Shown here in pieces: positions 45,830 through 58,684 of a stretch of 64,000 nucleotides of DNA (position 1 is its first letter; each line of letters starts with the position of its first letter). The notes under the pieces are model-generated. The model made no database searches and was not told where the DNA came from. It worked only from the letters and a program-made list of their open reading frames with translations. A program made the position numbers and the translations under genes. This stretch comes from Guillardia theta CCMP2712 (taxonomy: Eukaryota > Protista > Cryptophyta). The DNA is taken from NCBI RefSeq assembly GCF_000315625.1, contig NW_005434665.1, forward strand, positions 305,198 through 369,197. Reading direction: 5' to 3'.

Positions 45830-48050
45830 GAATGGAGTCAGGGCTTAGGGTGCTGTCGCAGCGATCAAAGGTCTTGAGAAACTTCAGAGCAACATGGCCA
45901 ACTATCACAGACATGGTCCGATCGCGTCACGAGTGGTTCTCCCTGCGCTGACACTCATTAGTTGTGGAGGGGCCGCTTCCTCTTCTATGACGTCGCTCTC
46001 CTTGCATACTCGGTCCAGGTCTGCTTGCTGACCCGATGGAAGCCTCGGGCCGATAACTCTCACAAGGTCCTCCGCACGTACGGGATCGGTGCAATCATCC
46101 GCTCTCCCAAGATCTGCTTGATCGCGCTTCCATGGGCAGGTGCCCTTCCACTGCTGCTTGTTTGTTTCCTGATACCGTGCAAAGGTCGCGCATGCCATCG
46201 ACTGTTGCACTTTCTCCTTTCAATTCCAGTGCTTCCAGCACAATTGATTTTCAACCATGTGAAAGAATGTTTCGCTCTCCATTTCAAATCACTCTGAGGT
46301 ACAGGGCATCTTTGCCAAAATGTTTCCCAAGAACTTCGAGTCTGTAAACAGCGAGATGAAAAAATATGCTGTTTTTCTGCAGAAGAACTTTGAAGGTGCA
46401 GCACAACACAAAAATAAGGAGCGCGATTCAGACGTAACGGTTTGTGCTGACAGGCATACCGGTAGTCATCTCAACTCCTGGTACTCTGCTGCAGGAGAAT
46501 TCAACCATGATGATTCCCTTTGTCTTCAGATGGAGTGAATCTTTCCGGCATGTTCTTTCTTGGTGTTTCTTGTGCGCTGTCGTTTTCCTCGACTGATTCT
46601 TACGTAGGGAAGGAGCGTGGAGCCGGGACAGGCAGGCGAGCAGACATAATATGACTTCCACCCATCCTTTCACTGAAACCATTCGCAATCAGCATTCATG
46701 GTCCAAGCATCATTCGGTTCAATGGAAACGGGGAGGTTTGAGGTTCTGGTCTTGTGCGATGGATGATCATGTTGTCGGAAGGCGTGGGAGTACATCGACC
46801 CAGGCTCAGTAAGAGATTATGTCGACCAGGTTTGACTTGTACAGGTCACGTGTGACTCGTTGAGACTAGCATCCGCAGGGCATCAACCTTTTGGTATTCA
46901 ACTATCGGTATTTGAAAAATTGCAGCAAGAAAATGAAAAGGCATTGAAAGATATTACCAGGGGTGTCAATGAGAGCACTTGGGCCCCTGTGTTTGGAAGC
47001 CAAGTATTGGGAGAGTTGATTGGAAGGTGAGCAACTCCCGTAATGTTTTGCTGGCTACCTTTTGACATGACAGTCTCGAAGATACACGACGATTGAGCGC
47101 GATGGCATCGTCCTGGACTGCATGAGTGTGATACAGTATGTCGTGAAGGGGCTGGGAGTGAAGGAGGATAAAGTGACGATGACATCTGTGCTCGTTGTTT
47201 GCATGACGAGGTCGACAGGTTCTTCTTCTGGGTCACTCCATCGGAGGAGCTTTCAGTCTCCAGGCTTCTGTCAAGCATCATCCGAGGTAGATTCATCATC
47301 TCTCCTCTCCCCCTTCCTTCTCCCATTCCCCTCTTTCCCCTCCTCAGGCGGAGCGCCTCTTTTGACATGAGATGGCAGAGCCTGTATCTGCAGTAGTAGA
47401 TCATTCTCTAAGTTGTCTTGTACCGTAAGGGAGCATGCTGCCGAATTTCTTGGAGTTTCGCCGACGTCGTGGATTGGTAGTCAATCTTTATGGCTAAGCT
47501 TCGCATCGTGACTGCGTTTGGTTCTGACAACAGGAAAGTTCCTCAAGTGGTTGGGAGGAACGCTCGTTCACGTGACTGGCTGGGAGCTCAACTCCGTTGA
47601 AGTTTGGCACAAGACAAATGGTTTCAAATGGATTGAATTTTGCAAGTAAGCTGATCTTTGCACATCTGTGGTTGAAGCGTCACTTGTATACGTGACGGTC
47701 CCTTCTTCAGGAAAGATCACATCATTCCTGTCAAGACATCTTTATATGAAGCAGCTGGCGGAGTCGAGTCGAACAGGTGATCATATCGCTGCCTGTTTCT
47801 TTGTTCTAACGAGAAGGCGATACACAGGGTGCTGGAGCTTGAGTCTCTGCGTGGGGACAATCATAACAGGTTCTGCTCAATAGAATGAAGTTGCTGCTGA
47901 CTTTCTCATCCCAGAGCCTTGACCATCATGGAACTTCGAGAGCACCTTGCTCTCGTCGAAACAGCGCTCAGTTTACCTGGAACGAGCAAGCAGGGCTGAC
48001 GGGCTTTCGGAGCTATCCGTCTACATGGGCTGCTTCATGACAGTGAATAT
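45830..48050 (+). CDS. Hypothetical many-exon protein
   Basis: Regularly spaced GT..CTGAC..AG introns with protein-like exons (e.g. MFPKNFESVNSEMKKYAVFLQKNFEG; FLKWLGGTLVHVTGWELNSVEVWHKTNGFKWIEF); model not fully reconstructed. Confidence 0.35.
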
Positions 48051-48059
48051 TATCTGATT

Positions 48060-49000
48060 TTAGGTTGAGATGTAGAGCTCATTGCTAGATGATTAAACTT
48101 CAACATATGCTGCTCGCAAGTGTCCCTCATTCCGATCAGGTCTCCAAGATCAATCTTGTTTCTCTACAGGGAGGACTCACCCTCGATGCCGCCAATCACA
48201 GCGGAGGCACTCACCTTGTTTCTTGTCGTCTATGCGCGTGCTACCGCCATCTTCTGTGGGCCCTTCTCTCTTCCTGATCTCGAACGGCTTGTCGTTCTTC
48301 TGTCCAAAGGGTCGACGAAGCTCTTCAACTTCGTCGGACTGCCCCAGCATGTGAATTCTGAAGAACAAGACGGTCATGCGCGAACTCATGCAAGAGAATG
48401 CTGTAAGATCAACCTGAATAGCTCGCTCTCCGCGATAGAGAAGGCCATGTAAACCGACACCATGAAAACGACGCGGAACTCCCCAAGTTGATATGCAATC
48501 ATCCTTAAACGCTCCAAGTCATGCTGGATCGAAGTTGACTCAATACATACCCGACAAATACCATGATTGTCACAAATGCCTGTAATGATTCACCAAGTTT
48601 GTTGATATCATACTGAGCAAGATGAATCTGTCAAACACATTGAACCCCAATAGTGTTTTTTCACCTCTTTTTTCGAAAGTGTCATCACTGTTCCCTCTGC
48701 AGATTTAAATTGAAAGTGAGAGTTATCGTTCTTGAAGAAGATGGCTCTGTACATCCAGATAAACCCAAAGCTACAATAGAGCCTGGCAACAAACAAGGAA
48801 TCAATGGATGACTGCAGACACCCCTCAGCACGAGGCAAGCACAGGTTTCGGTTGGGGATTCAGAAAGGGTCGACAAGTACAAGTCCGCACACCCATTACC
48901 AAGATAGAACGTAGGCGGTCAGGAACGTGACTTTAGCATTCTTTTCCTCCACTCTCGCCATCACCAGCATTCCCACCAGCCCTGCCGTGAGCTTGTTCAT
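48060..49000 (-). CDS. Hypothetical small multi-exon membrane protein
   Basis: ATG near 49000 (MNKLTAGLVGMLVMARVEEK); hydrophobic exon-like segments in 48608..48838 and 48177..48389. Confidence 0.3.
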
Positions 49001-49059
49001 TGGAAGCAAAGAAGGAAGGTTTCAGGTTCAACTCACCCATCAGAAAAGTAGGAAGAACT

Positions 49060-49270
49060 TGTCCGGACTCCGGGACTCTCGTCACTTCCGAACTCGGAAC
49101 TCGGAACTTCGGAAGGAACTTCTTGCAGTTCGGCCCGGGCGCCGCCCGGGCCCCGGAGGTTCAAAGGTCCTCCTGGGTCCGGTGTCGACTACTCGTCAGG
49201 GCCTAGAAGGCCCCGACCGTAACATCGGAGTCGGCGCGGAGAGTCGGCAGGTACTACAGGGAAGCGGGGG
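49060..49270. promoter_or_regulatory. GC-rich island with GGAACTC/GGACTC short repeats between divergent genes
   Basis: Read directly; same character as the other islands. Confidence 0.35.
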
Positions 49271-50098
49271 GGAGGGGGGTCATATCGGGGGCTCTTTTCG
49301 ATGATTCAAGTAGGGGTACGGTAGTCATGATACCCTCACACCGGTGCCCCGTTGACTTCCACAGTCAGCTGTAGGGGTAGATGATCGATGAGACCCCCTT
49401 GTAGCCCACAAATCTCCATGATGGTTGAGGAAGGGGTGGGGTCCCTGCCTTCCGCCTGATTTGACTGTCAGGGTGCTACCGGTAGCTCTGGGCCAAGGAG
49501 CTTTTCCGAACTTGGTCGGTCAGCCCAATTTTCAGGTCCCTAATTGTAGTTTCAAAATTTTTGAGGTAATTTTGGGGTGAATTAATTTAAGTTGAACTTA
49601 TTTTTTCAAAGAGAACCTTCCCCCATATTTGCCTACCCCTCCATCCTACCGATACTACCCCATAACCTTGGCTTCCTGCATCATACCATTTGTATCCTAC
49701 CCCCAGTTTCCCCGAGTATGACCCCCTACCTTCGCACCAACTTTCTCCTCCGTTGGCGCCATGCAATGTTGAAAAGTGGCTTCGTAATTCCTGCCATAAG
49801 AGCTTCACAATCCCATGCTTGTCTGATGTCATCTTCAAACATTTAAACTACATACATCTTGTCTTGACTTGGGATATTCTCTGTGGCCTCAAACCGATCG
49901 GAAGACGCCTTTAGAGTATGTTTGTTGAGCGTTCGAGTGACGATGGCACAAGGGAAACTCATTAGACAGTTCACGTGGTTTAACTCGTGCATGGCTTGCT
50001 GAGATTCAGAAATCTTATTTGCTTTTGCCTGATTGTACGACAGGAATCATGATCAATTGCCACCAGCGACGGTCTTCAAAATGATTTTTTGAATTACC

Positions 50099-53000
50099 AT
50101 GAGAAGTGTCAGCCTTTCAATCCCTCCAGGGCTCAGAACAGGCAAACCTTTGGGTGATAGCTTTCATTTGCCGCAAGTTGCTCCTGATGATAGTCTTTCA
50201 GGTCCTGTACCCTCGAATATTCGAAGCGCTAAGCAAGACTTTGTGGTATAACTAGTTGGGTAGTTGAGGTAAACTTTATCTAACTTCTTGAAACTAGGGC
50301 ATCGGGATTGCATTAGTTAGGACAAAAGCTGGCACAAATGCTGTCATGCAAGTTTGGCCAGGATCTCCAGCTGAAATTGCTGGCATTCGACGGAATGATG
50401 TGCATTGCAAATGCTCGGATGCACTTTTTTAACATTTAATCATGCATCAGGTCATGCACTCTATTGACAATGTCTGCGTTGTGGATGCTCCAATCGAGAC
50501 TTTGCAGGATGCACTTCGTGGACCTGGCGGTCTGTGCCTGTGAGCTATAAAACCACATTGAAGTGTCGAACAGGATCCACCGTGAATGTCTCAGTCTTGC
50601 GAGAGCAAGTGGTTTATGATATCGGCCCAATCAAACGACATGAGTGCCAAAGTGTGAGAAGTTTGGGAGAAAACATCGCTCAGCTGCGAAAAATTTGTTC
50701 CGAGCAAAGGCATACAGGTTTGTAATCACTAATTCTGTTCATTCCTAAACGATGGATCTACAAGGATTGGACGAAGTTCTGTCGAAGCTTAATCAAACAT
50801 CAATTGAAATGGACAGGGAAAGAAGAGTGTATCGTGAAGAATTGTTGAAGTCATATTCAAACGAGCAGAATGCTATATTTAAGCTTCAACATCTATCTGA
50901 TCTTCTGGTGATTGTTGCAAATCACCTTTTTGGGTGGTTGATCGTTTTGAAATTAACAGTTGGACAAGATCAATCACCAGAACGAAATCCAACAATCTAT
51001 GCATGCCAGAATCCATGAAATTGCGCATATGAATCAAGAAGTGTTCCAATCCTTTGAAGACATCCAGCTGGAGATTAAATCACTGCAAGATGATTTCAAA
51101 TCCATAAACGAATGGTCCCAAACCAGTGGCAACAAGTATGGAGATGAAATTCAGCATTTCAACACTGACCCATACTTTCTTGCAGGATACGAAGATTTGC
51201 ATCGGAGGATGAAAGCACAATGGACTGGAAAAGAAAAAATGTCGTGAAATCTACACTGGTACATGTTTTGAAAACTGATTTAAGAACAGATTTTTCCATT
51301 CAGTTTTCGTAAGAAAAATTCTCAGTCTGGTGGTACAGAGGTATGAATTTGATTGAATTTTCGTGCCAATCTGAATTTGTTTCAGAATCTCATGAGGGAG
51401 AACATGATAAACTTATTGAAAGACCACAACAAACTTATTTCACATCCTTTCTCCAGAGTCAAAAAGTTATCTGATCAGCTCCAGACTGCCAAAATGCTTC
51501 TCGGAAAGTCACAGGACCTGCTGAAAGGATGCACAAAGGATAACGCCGAAAATCTTGAGAATGTATCACCATGCCAGGTAAGCAATGAGAGAGCATAAGT
51601 CATATTAGCTTTCGTCTATCAGGGGTAAACAGCAAGTATGCTGAAGCTATTTTGTTTTACAGAGTTCGGATGTTTTGTGTAATCATAGACAAAAGATTTC
51701 TTGCTTCGACGATTCGTCTTCCGAGAAACAGAACAGCAGCTCAGATCAACGAATATCTAGGCAATGTGGAGTGTTCTCAACACCGATGGAGGCTGAGACC
51801 AGCTATACGATGGCTTCAAAACGAGTAGATCAATGTCGAATATCGTGTGGGAGCTTCAATTTGATTGGTCGAATCTATTTCAATGGAAGAGTGAGCAGGG
51901 TCAACGGGATCGCCCGAAGGGTCGATTGTATACTATCAAATCCTCAAATAGACCTGGAGGAAATCAATGACTGCATTATCATCATCGATCAAAGATCAGA
52001 AAACTTTGCTAGTCATGCCAGAAGGGCCATTCTTGCGGGTGCAACTAGCATCGTCATCATCGATGATGGTAACCTTGACCATGAAGTGATAGCAACCATA
52101 TCCAGGACAATTCCAATCATTACAGTTGCAGTAGCAGAGGGCGAAATGCTGCCTGACGGATCGGAAATCAGTATTCAGTGCAGTCCCAGAGGAAATGATA
52201 ACACATATCATTCTAGCAATACTATTTTGAAATACGTATCGAACCATTGCAGTGCGAGTCTCTGCAGCCAAGACATCACCGGTGAGAAACTGAAAGCTGT
52301 TCGGCATGCAATTGACAAGGAAACAGATGAACATTGTAGCATAGATCGATTATCATTAGCAGGAAAGAAACACGAGGATATTCCTGCATGTACATGCTAT
52401 GAGTATGCTGGAAATTCATACGCAGGTGCGTCACAATTGGATCACGATATGAGATGTTCAGCATGCTAATTCTTACTTCAGGTGGTATGATACAAACCAA
52501 AACAAAAAGGTATGATTCTGGTCAAGTTGCAAGTTTGAAGGACGCGCATAATGACTTGGATAACTTTCAAGTGGGCATATTTCATGAGGAAAGTCAACTT
52601 TTAGTGACGTTTTTGGCAGCATCGAAGTACTCGATCCCATTTGAGCTCCAGGAAAGACCGTTCTTCAAAGGTCCTCCTGAGGATTAGCAGCATCTTGCCT
52701 TGACTCTTGAACAGGTCAAGGAGGCACTTTACCAACAGGCGTTGGAGCAAGTTGGCCCCGTGGACCTTCCACTTGGATGGAGTATGAGAATGTCCAGAAG
52801 CCGAAACCAGGTCTAATGACTTTGAGTGTGGTTGGCCTGTAACCGCTTCGTTTCAGGTGTTCTACTACAACAAGGAAACCAGAGAAAAACGATGGACTGT
52901 ACCTGAGCTTCCTGAGAGGCATCATCTCCAGCAGACACCACCGATAGCACCGCAAAGTTGTCCTTGTGCTCAACCCAATTCTCCCCTGTCCATTGCTACA

Positions 53001-53997
53001 CAGGTTCAGATGACTGCTGGAAACTATGTAGCACTTGTCTGAACTTTTCTGTACTGTACAGATGCAACTTGGAATAGCTGATGAAATTTCTTTGTGTGCT
53101 GAATCTTCGGTTGCTGGCGATTTGACAAGATGTGAGAGCGGCATCAGTCCAACATTGGATGCTTATGCAAGTGGTCAGTACTGTTTGGGGTTCATCTGTA
53201 GTTTGCTTAACAACCTGCCTGGAACAGATTCTGGGATGGAGATGAAGATTCCACCGTGGCCGCAAGATTTGATATCAGCAATGAATGCATTGGCTCGAAT
53301 ATTTGTTGGCGGGCGGCAGATAGTTTGCACTCGAGCAGAATTTGGGATGCAGGTAAAGTTGTTTTGTGTCAAACTGGATTAGATGTGATATGTACGGTAG
53401 GTGCATCCTCAATTCAGCAATATGATCATCAAGGGAAAGATTGTTCGCACACAACCATGGCTTGCAAATGGGGCTCTTGAGAATGTTGATGAAATCAAGG
53501 GATGCATCGCGATAATTGGACGAGGCGGCTGTCCCTTTACGGAGAAAGCAAGGCGTGCAGAGGAAGCTGGTGCAAAGGCTGTTGTCATAGTCAACCATGC
53601 AGATTTCTTGTTCAACGTCTTGGGAAAGGTACGGTCGCGATGGCAATGCCATGTGGAATGTACTTATGTTTTTGATTTTCAAGGTTTCCAATATCAATAT
53701 CCCAGTCGTCTCCATCACTAAGAGCGATGGCGACTCGTTACAGAATGGAATGTCTGCTGTCTTACAATGGGGTGAAAACCCGAAGAAGGCACTTGAAGAC
53801 TCGAAGAACATGGAAGTGAAGGAGCTTGCCGAGAAGGAGGAGTTCCCCTACAGTTTCAGATTAACCTCCCAGGTGATAATCGCTTACTCTCAACCTCCCA
53901 ACACCGGATTTTGACATACTGATGATGCAGCTAGTGGAAGCGAAAGACATGGTTACAGAAAGAAGATCAGAATATGTCAATCTGACCGTCATCTAAC
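50099..53997 (+). CDS. Multi-exon protein with coiled-coil region, degenerate PA domain, WW domain and C-terminal PA (protease-associated) domain
   Basis: IKGCIAIIGRGGCPFTEKARRAEEAGAKAVVIVN (PA); INDCIIIIDQRSENFASHARRAILAGATSIVIIDD (degenerate PA); STWMEYE..VFYYNKETREKRWTVP (WW); single-gene status inferred. Confidence 0.55.
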
Positions 53998-54164
53998 AAG
54001 TTCATCTTTATTTACTTGGATAAACTTAGTGTACACTTTGCTCTTGTTGAGTATCCTCGTGTGAAAAGGAGAATTTACTGTGCAAACACATCGATTCTCT
54101 TGTCGGGAAAGGTGTAAACATCAATCTGCGATGTTCATCATATCAGAGAAGCATGAGCAGCTGT

Positions 54165-55737
54165 ATCACAAACACACCTTATCCATGAGAGGTCCTGGGA
54201 AGTCACTTCGTGGACCTGCCACCATGTTCTCAGCTGCTCGGGCAGCAGTGGCTTCAGCACGTACCCATCACACTCGCGTCTGTAGACACAGGGTATTCGC
54301 AGCCGTCGTGCTTCACCATGTACATTCCAGCCTGCAGAACGGGTGACTTGAGCATGGGGGCGAGGAAGCAGAGGGTTACCCGATCTCCTCCGTATCGATC
54401 GATCCCCAGCTCCTTGGCCTTGTCAAACATCTGCTGCAGCGTCAGGGACAAGCGAGACTAGTTTCTCAAGCCCACCTCATCAAGCTCGGCTTTGCTGACT
54501 TTGGGGCCCCTGGAGGGTTGGGGGGTCAGGCGAGGCTCGACGGTTCATGGCGTACCTTGCAAGGAAGTTGATACCCACGAAGAGAATCTTTCCCGCAGCC
54601 TCCACGCACTGCAGAGATTTCAGATCATGATTGGACATCTCCTCAGCTTGTCTACTTGACCTGCATCTGCAACGATCTGTCGTAGTAGGTCTTCCCATTT
54701 GCAGTCTTCTTCCACACGTAGAGCACGTAGTTGGGAAAATTGTAAGCGAAGCTGAAGGAAGGTCAGGGAGCGTTTCCTTGTGTGAGTGAACGAGTCTCAC
54801 CCTTTCTCAAGAAACTCTCCAGGCTTCGACTTGTCATACTGGATAGTCATGTTGAGAGTATAGATCTTCTTGGCCACGTCCTCGCCTGCTCAGACCTTCA
54901 CTGACTCCCCAGCAGCAGGAGAGAGTCGCAACCTGGAAGCACTCCAGTCATCGGGCACGTTGTAGTGAACATGTCCTCGATCATGTTGTTGCTGCGAATG
55001 GTGAAATTGAATCGTGTGCATCCACCTGGCAAGCGACGAGGTCAACGCGATCGGGGGAGGGCAGGGCTCGTACAGAAGTAGTTGGCTTGAGTGACGTCGT
55101 GATATGCAAGCTCATACCAGATCCCCTGATACAAGTCTTCCTGCCATGCTCGAGCTCAAAAGATCGGAAGAGAAACCTTGTGTCACACCGTGAAATCGCT
55201 AGGACGAGACTTCTTGCTGATCTCCTTGAGGTTCGGACACTTGTCCGCTGCGGCGGCAGGCTCGTCAGCGTACGCTCGCTGTGGGCATTAAAGTCACAGG
55301 GGGGCAAATCTGAGAGAGAGAGTTCGAACCGGTTGAGGAGCAAAGCAAAGAGACGGCGCCAAGAGCGCTGAGGCTGAGAACACCTTCTTGGCAATGTGAA
55401 GGAACACGTCTCGCCTTGCGATCTCCTGCTTGACGGCAGAGATCGTCTGAGCCTGCATCCTCTCTCAACACGCCCAACAGCAACGGCAGCTCATGATCAC
55501 CAGCGCCTCCACTCCTCTGATCGCCTTGGTCAACCTCGTGCCCGAAGCTGGCGAGTGCCCTACATGTCGTTTGGGAACAGGGATGCTCACGAATGGAGGA
55601 GGTTGATTACAGCTCCCTTCCCGCACTTCATGACCCGGCTGCGCCGGTACTAAGAAGTGTCGGAAGGAGGAAGCCGTCTGCATCATGCAGACGCAAAGCA
55701 AGAGGCTGAGCACTGGCCGAAGACTCATCTGCATCAT
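54165..55737 (-). CDS. Secreted lipocalin-like protein, multi-exon
   Basis: Signal peptide MMQMSLRPVLSLLLCVCMMQTASS; SCR1-like EDLYQGIWYELA at ~55103-55140; then CTRFNFT, NYVLYV, QCVE, VGINFLAR and a terminal KHDGCEY. Confidence 0.65.
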
Positions 55738-55800
55738 CAAGATCACAAGATGAAAGTTGAGGAAGACTTTATGGGGTCGCCGTCACCGGTTCTTGCTCTT

Positions 55801-55950
55801 TCACCCTAAGATCAGACTAGAGATCTAGCTTCACCCTCAGATCAGACTAGAGGTCCAGCTTCACGCTCAGATCAGACTAGAGGTCCAGCTTCACGCTCAG
55901 ATCAGACTAGAGATCTAGCTTCACGCTCAGATCAGACTAGAGATCTAGCT
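55801..55950 (+). repeat. 30-nt minisatellite, five contiguous copies (TCACSCTMAGATCAGACTAGAGRTCYAGCT)
   Basis: Units begin at 55801, 55831, 55861, 55891 and 55921; no spacers. Confidence 0.97.
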
Positions 55951-56399
55951 ACTTTCCTCAACTCTATCCCCCTTTTGCCCTTGTGCTTCAGTCGCGTCAG
56001 GGTCTGCAAACGCTTTCCTCCTCTTCCCCTCCACATGGAGGCCGATCTGTTGAACTACCCTTCATTTCCCAGGGTGGTGGCGTGTAAAAGGACGGGTCAT
56101 GAAAGGGGGATACATTTGATCCTTTGATCCTCAACAGGGGTGGTTTGAAAGCAAAATACTAGGGTGGTGAAGTTCTGCGAAGAATGGGTGGGTATTTCAA
56201 TATACAAAAGGGGGTAGTGGTGGAATGGGGTAGGTTGTAGGCTCTAGAATTCCACAGGAGGGTGGGGTGAGGTCAGAAAATATTACTTATATTACTGAAA
56301 ATATTTACTCATCTCAAAATCATATTCTTCATCAAGGGGTTTATGGGGGTTATTTGTGGAGTTGGTGGGGGTGGTGGAGCCAGTGCGGGTGAGGTGGCA

Positions 56400-58236
56400 A
56401 TGGTGCGAAAGCTCGGGAGGAACGGAGCTGCGATGGCGGGGCTGTTGTTGCTGTGCTGCATGAGCATGCAGGCAGCTGCGGAGAAGGACCTATACAAGAT
56501 CCTTAACGTCCCAAGGAACGCTGACGAGAAGGCCATCAAAGCTGCGTACAGGAAGTTGTCCCTCAAGTGAGTTGAGACACGTGGAGGGGTTCTGCTGGGT
56601 AAAGCAGGTCATGTGTAGGTATCACCCCGACAAGAACAAAGACCCAGATGCCAAGGAGAGGTTTTCGGAAGTTGCAGGTGACTTCAATCAGCATTGCTCT
56701 AGGTGTTCCCTTTCCTTACCTGTGGATTGTCGTAGCTGCCTACGAAGTCCTCTCTGACTCTGAGAAACGTCGGATTTATGATCAGCAAGGAGAGGAAGGG
56801 TTGAAGAGACACGAGCAAGGAGGAGGACAGGCACACAACCCTTTTGATATCTTCGCCCAAATGTTTGGTCATCGAAGTGCGGGCTCGGAGGAGCAACGGG
56901 GACCGGACATCAACATGGAGGTAATGCTTCAACGGTGTAGCAATGGGATGTTCTAAGTCACGTGTGGACTCAATCTCACATCTGCATCAAAGACTCTACA
57001 GATGTCAACTCATGGGATTTGCAGATGGAAGTGAGCTTGAAGGACCTTTACCTTGGGAAGCAGACCGACATTCTGCTCAAGAAGCAGATCATCTGCAGAC
57101 AATGCGGAGGTTGTTTCTATCCATCGGGTCCTTCAGCGTGTAACAACGGATGACATAGGATCCGGTGCTAGATCTCCAGAAGATGTCAAACGCTGCAGCG
57201 CGTGTGGCGGGTCTGGTGTGCGGGTAGTCAGGCAGCAGGTGAAGTATGATGTCCATTTTGCCTGCATTTTCGCCTTTTTTTCCCCCTCCTCACATTCATA
57301 CCCCCGTCAGATTGCTCCTGGCTTCGTGCAGCAGATGCAGACAACGTGCGAAGAGTGCGGAGGCAAGGGAAAGAAGGTGGCGCACAAATGCCCCAAATGC
57401 AAGGGACGAAAGGTCCAGAGTGGGTCAGAGACGATAACTGTGGACATCGAGCGAGGAGCTCCGGACGGGCATGAGATCGTTTACGAGCAGCAGGTCGGCT
57501 CCTGGAGACACGAAGTTTGAGTGGAATTGCTGACTCCTTGCGATGTCAGGCGGACGAGAACCCTGACATGAAGTCTGGAGACATTAAGTTCAAGCTCCGC
57601 CAGCTGCCCCATCCCCTCTTCAGGTGAGTGCGCGGGTTCACGTGGGACGTGTTGTATCTTTGCTTATTCGATGGTGCAGGCGAGATGGAAAGAACTTGAA
57701 GATGAAGATGCGACTCTCGCTGAGGGAAGCGCTACTAGGATTCGAGAGGAAGGTTCGGCTCTCTTCGTCATGGGTGCTCGACAGATCTGAAAAGATTCCA
57801 CAGGTCTCACATCTCGATGGACACGTCGTCACTGTGTCGGACTCAGGAACAACTCAGCATGGCCGAGTCCGAACGGTTCGATGACGCCCTCCTACAGCTG
57901 CGGCCGTAGCAAGTTGTAACATGTCGTCAACAGGTCAGGGGCGAAGGTATGCCGGAGCACAACTTTCCTTCTAGCAAGGGAGACCTCCTTGTTGAGTTTG
58001 AGGTTGAGATGCCCACCAAGGTATCAACCCCTGACATGATGTCTGTTGCCGGGAGACTCAAGGTGTGGCAGTTAACGGATGCTCAAGAAAGGGACTGGAA
58101 GAAGTTTTCGCCATGGCTGCTTAGTCGCTCTGTATTCACTTCAGGCATCATGTCAAGCAAGCCGCACAATATCGCTCGGCTCATTGTCGACCATTCTTCT
58201 ACAACCTTTCAGGACAATCCGAACACATGTTCGTAA
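56400..58236 (+). CDS. ER-lumenal type I DnaJ/Hsp40 (ERdj3/Scj1-like)
   Basis: Signal peptide; [20 protein letters not shown]|YHPDKN, AYEVLSD..KRRIYDQ; CxxCxGxG repeats; [11 protein letters not shown]; GEGMP..GDLLVEF; C-terminal end uncertain (58124 or 58236). Confidence 0.92.
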
Positions 58237-58684
58237 CGTCCATACAGATTTCTTTTTTTAAATATTCCTTTCTTGTACAATGAAGTGGCAATCTGCATTC
58301 AAAGCAAGGGGTTTCTCGATTCCCTCCGCGGCTTCTCACCTAGAATCGAATCACTTCTCTTTGCTGTGTCTTTCTTCGGTCTCCACCCTCTCCTCTTCCT
58401 GCCCTCCAAACTCTCCCTCTCCCTCTCCCTCTCCTCCTCTCTGCTCTATCTCCAACCATGTCCTTCTCTCCTCTGTGACCCTGCCATCCCTGCCCCTTTG
58501 CCGGCACCCTACACCACCCCATGTATTATCACCCTACCCCACAGTTACACCACAACCACTCACCTACCTGGTCAATGACCATCGTTTTCACCCCTCAATA
58601 CGGGCTTCATGCACAACTCACCCCCTGCAAATATACCCCACCCCTCAGACCGTCACCAAATAAGCTCCGCCCTGCCCGCCAGCG

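Noticed and set aside
47668-47710. CutA-like 'LVYVTVPS' motif
   Set aside because: No other CutA motif follows; probably a chance match within another gene
55801-55950. CRISPR array
   Set aside because: Units are contiguous with no unique spacers, there are no cas genes, and the context is eukaryotic
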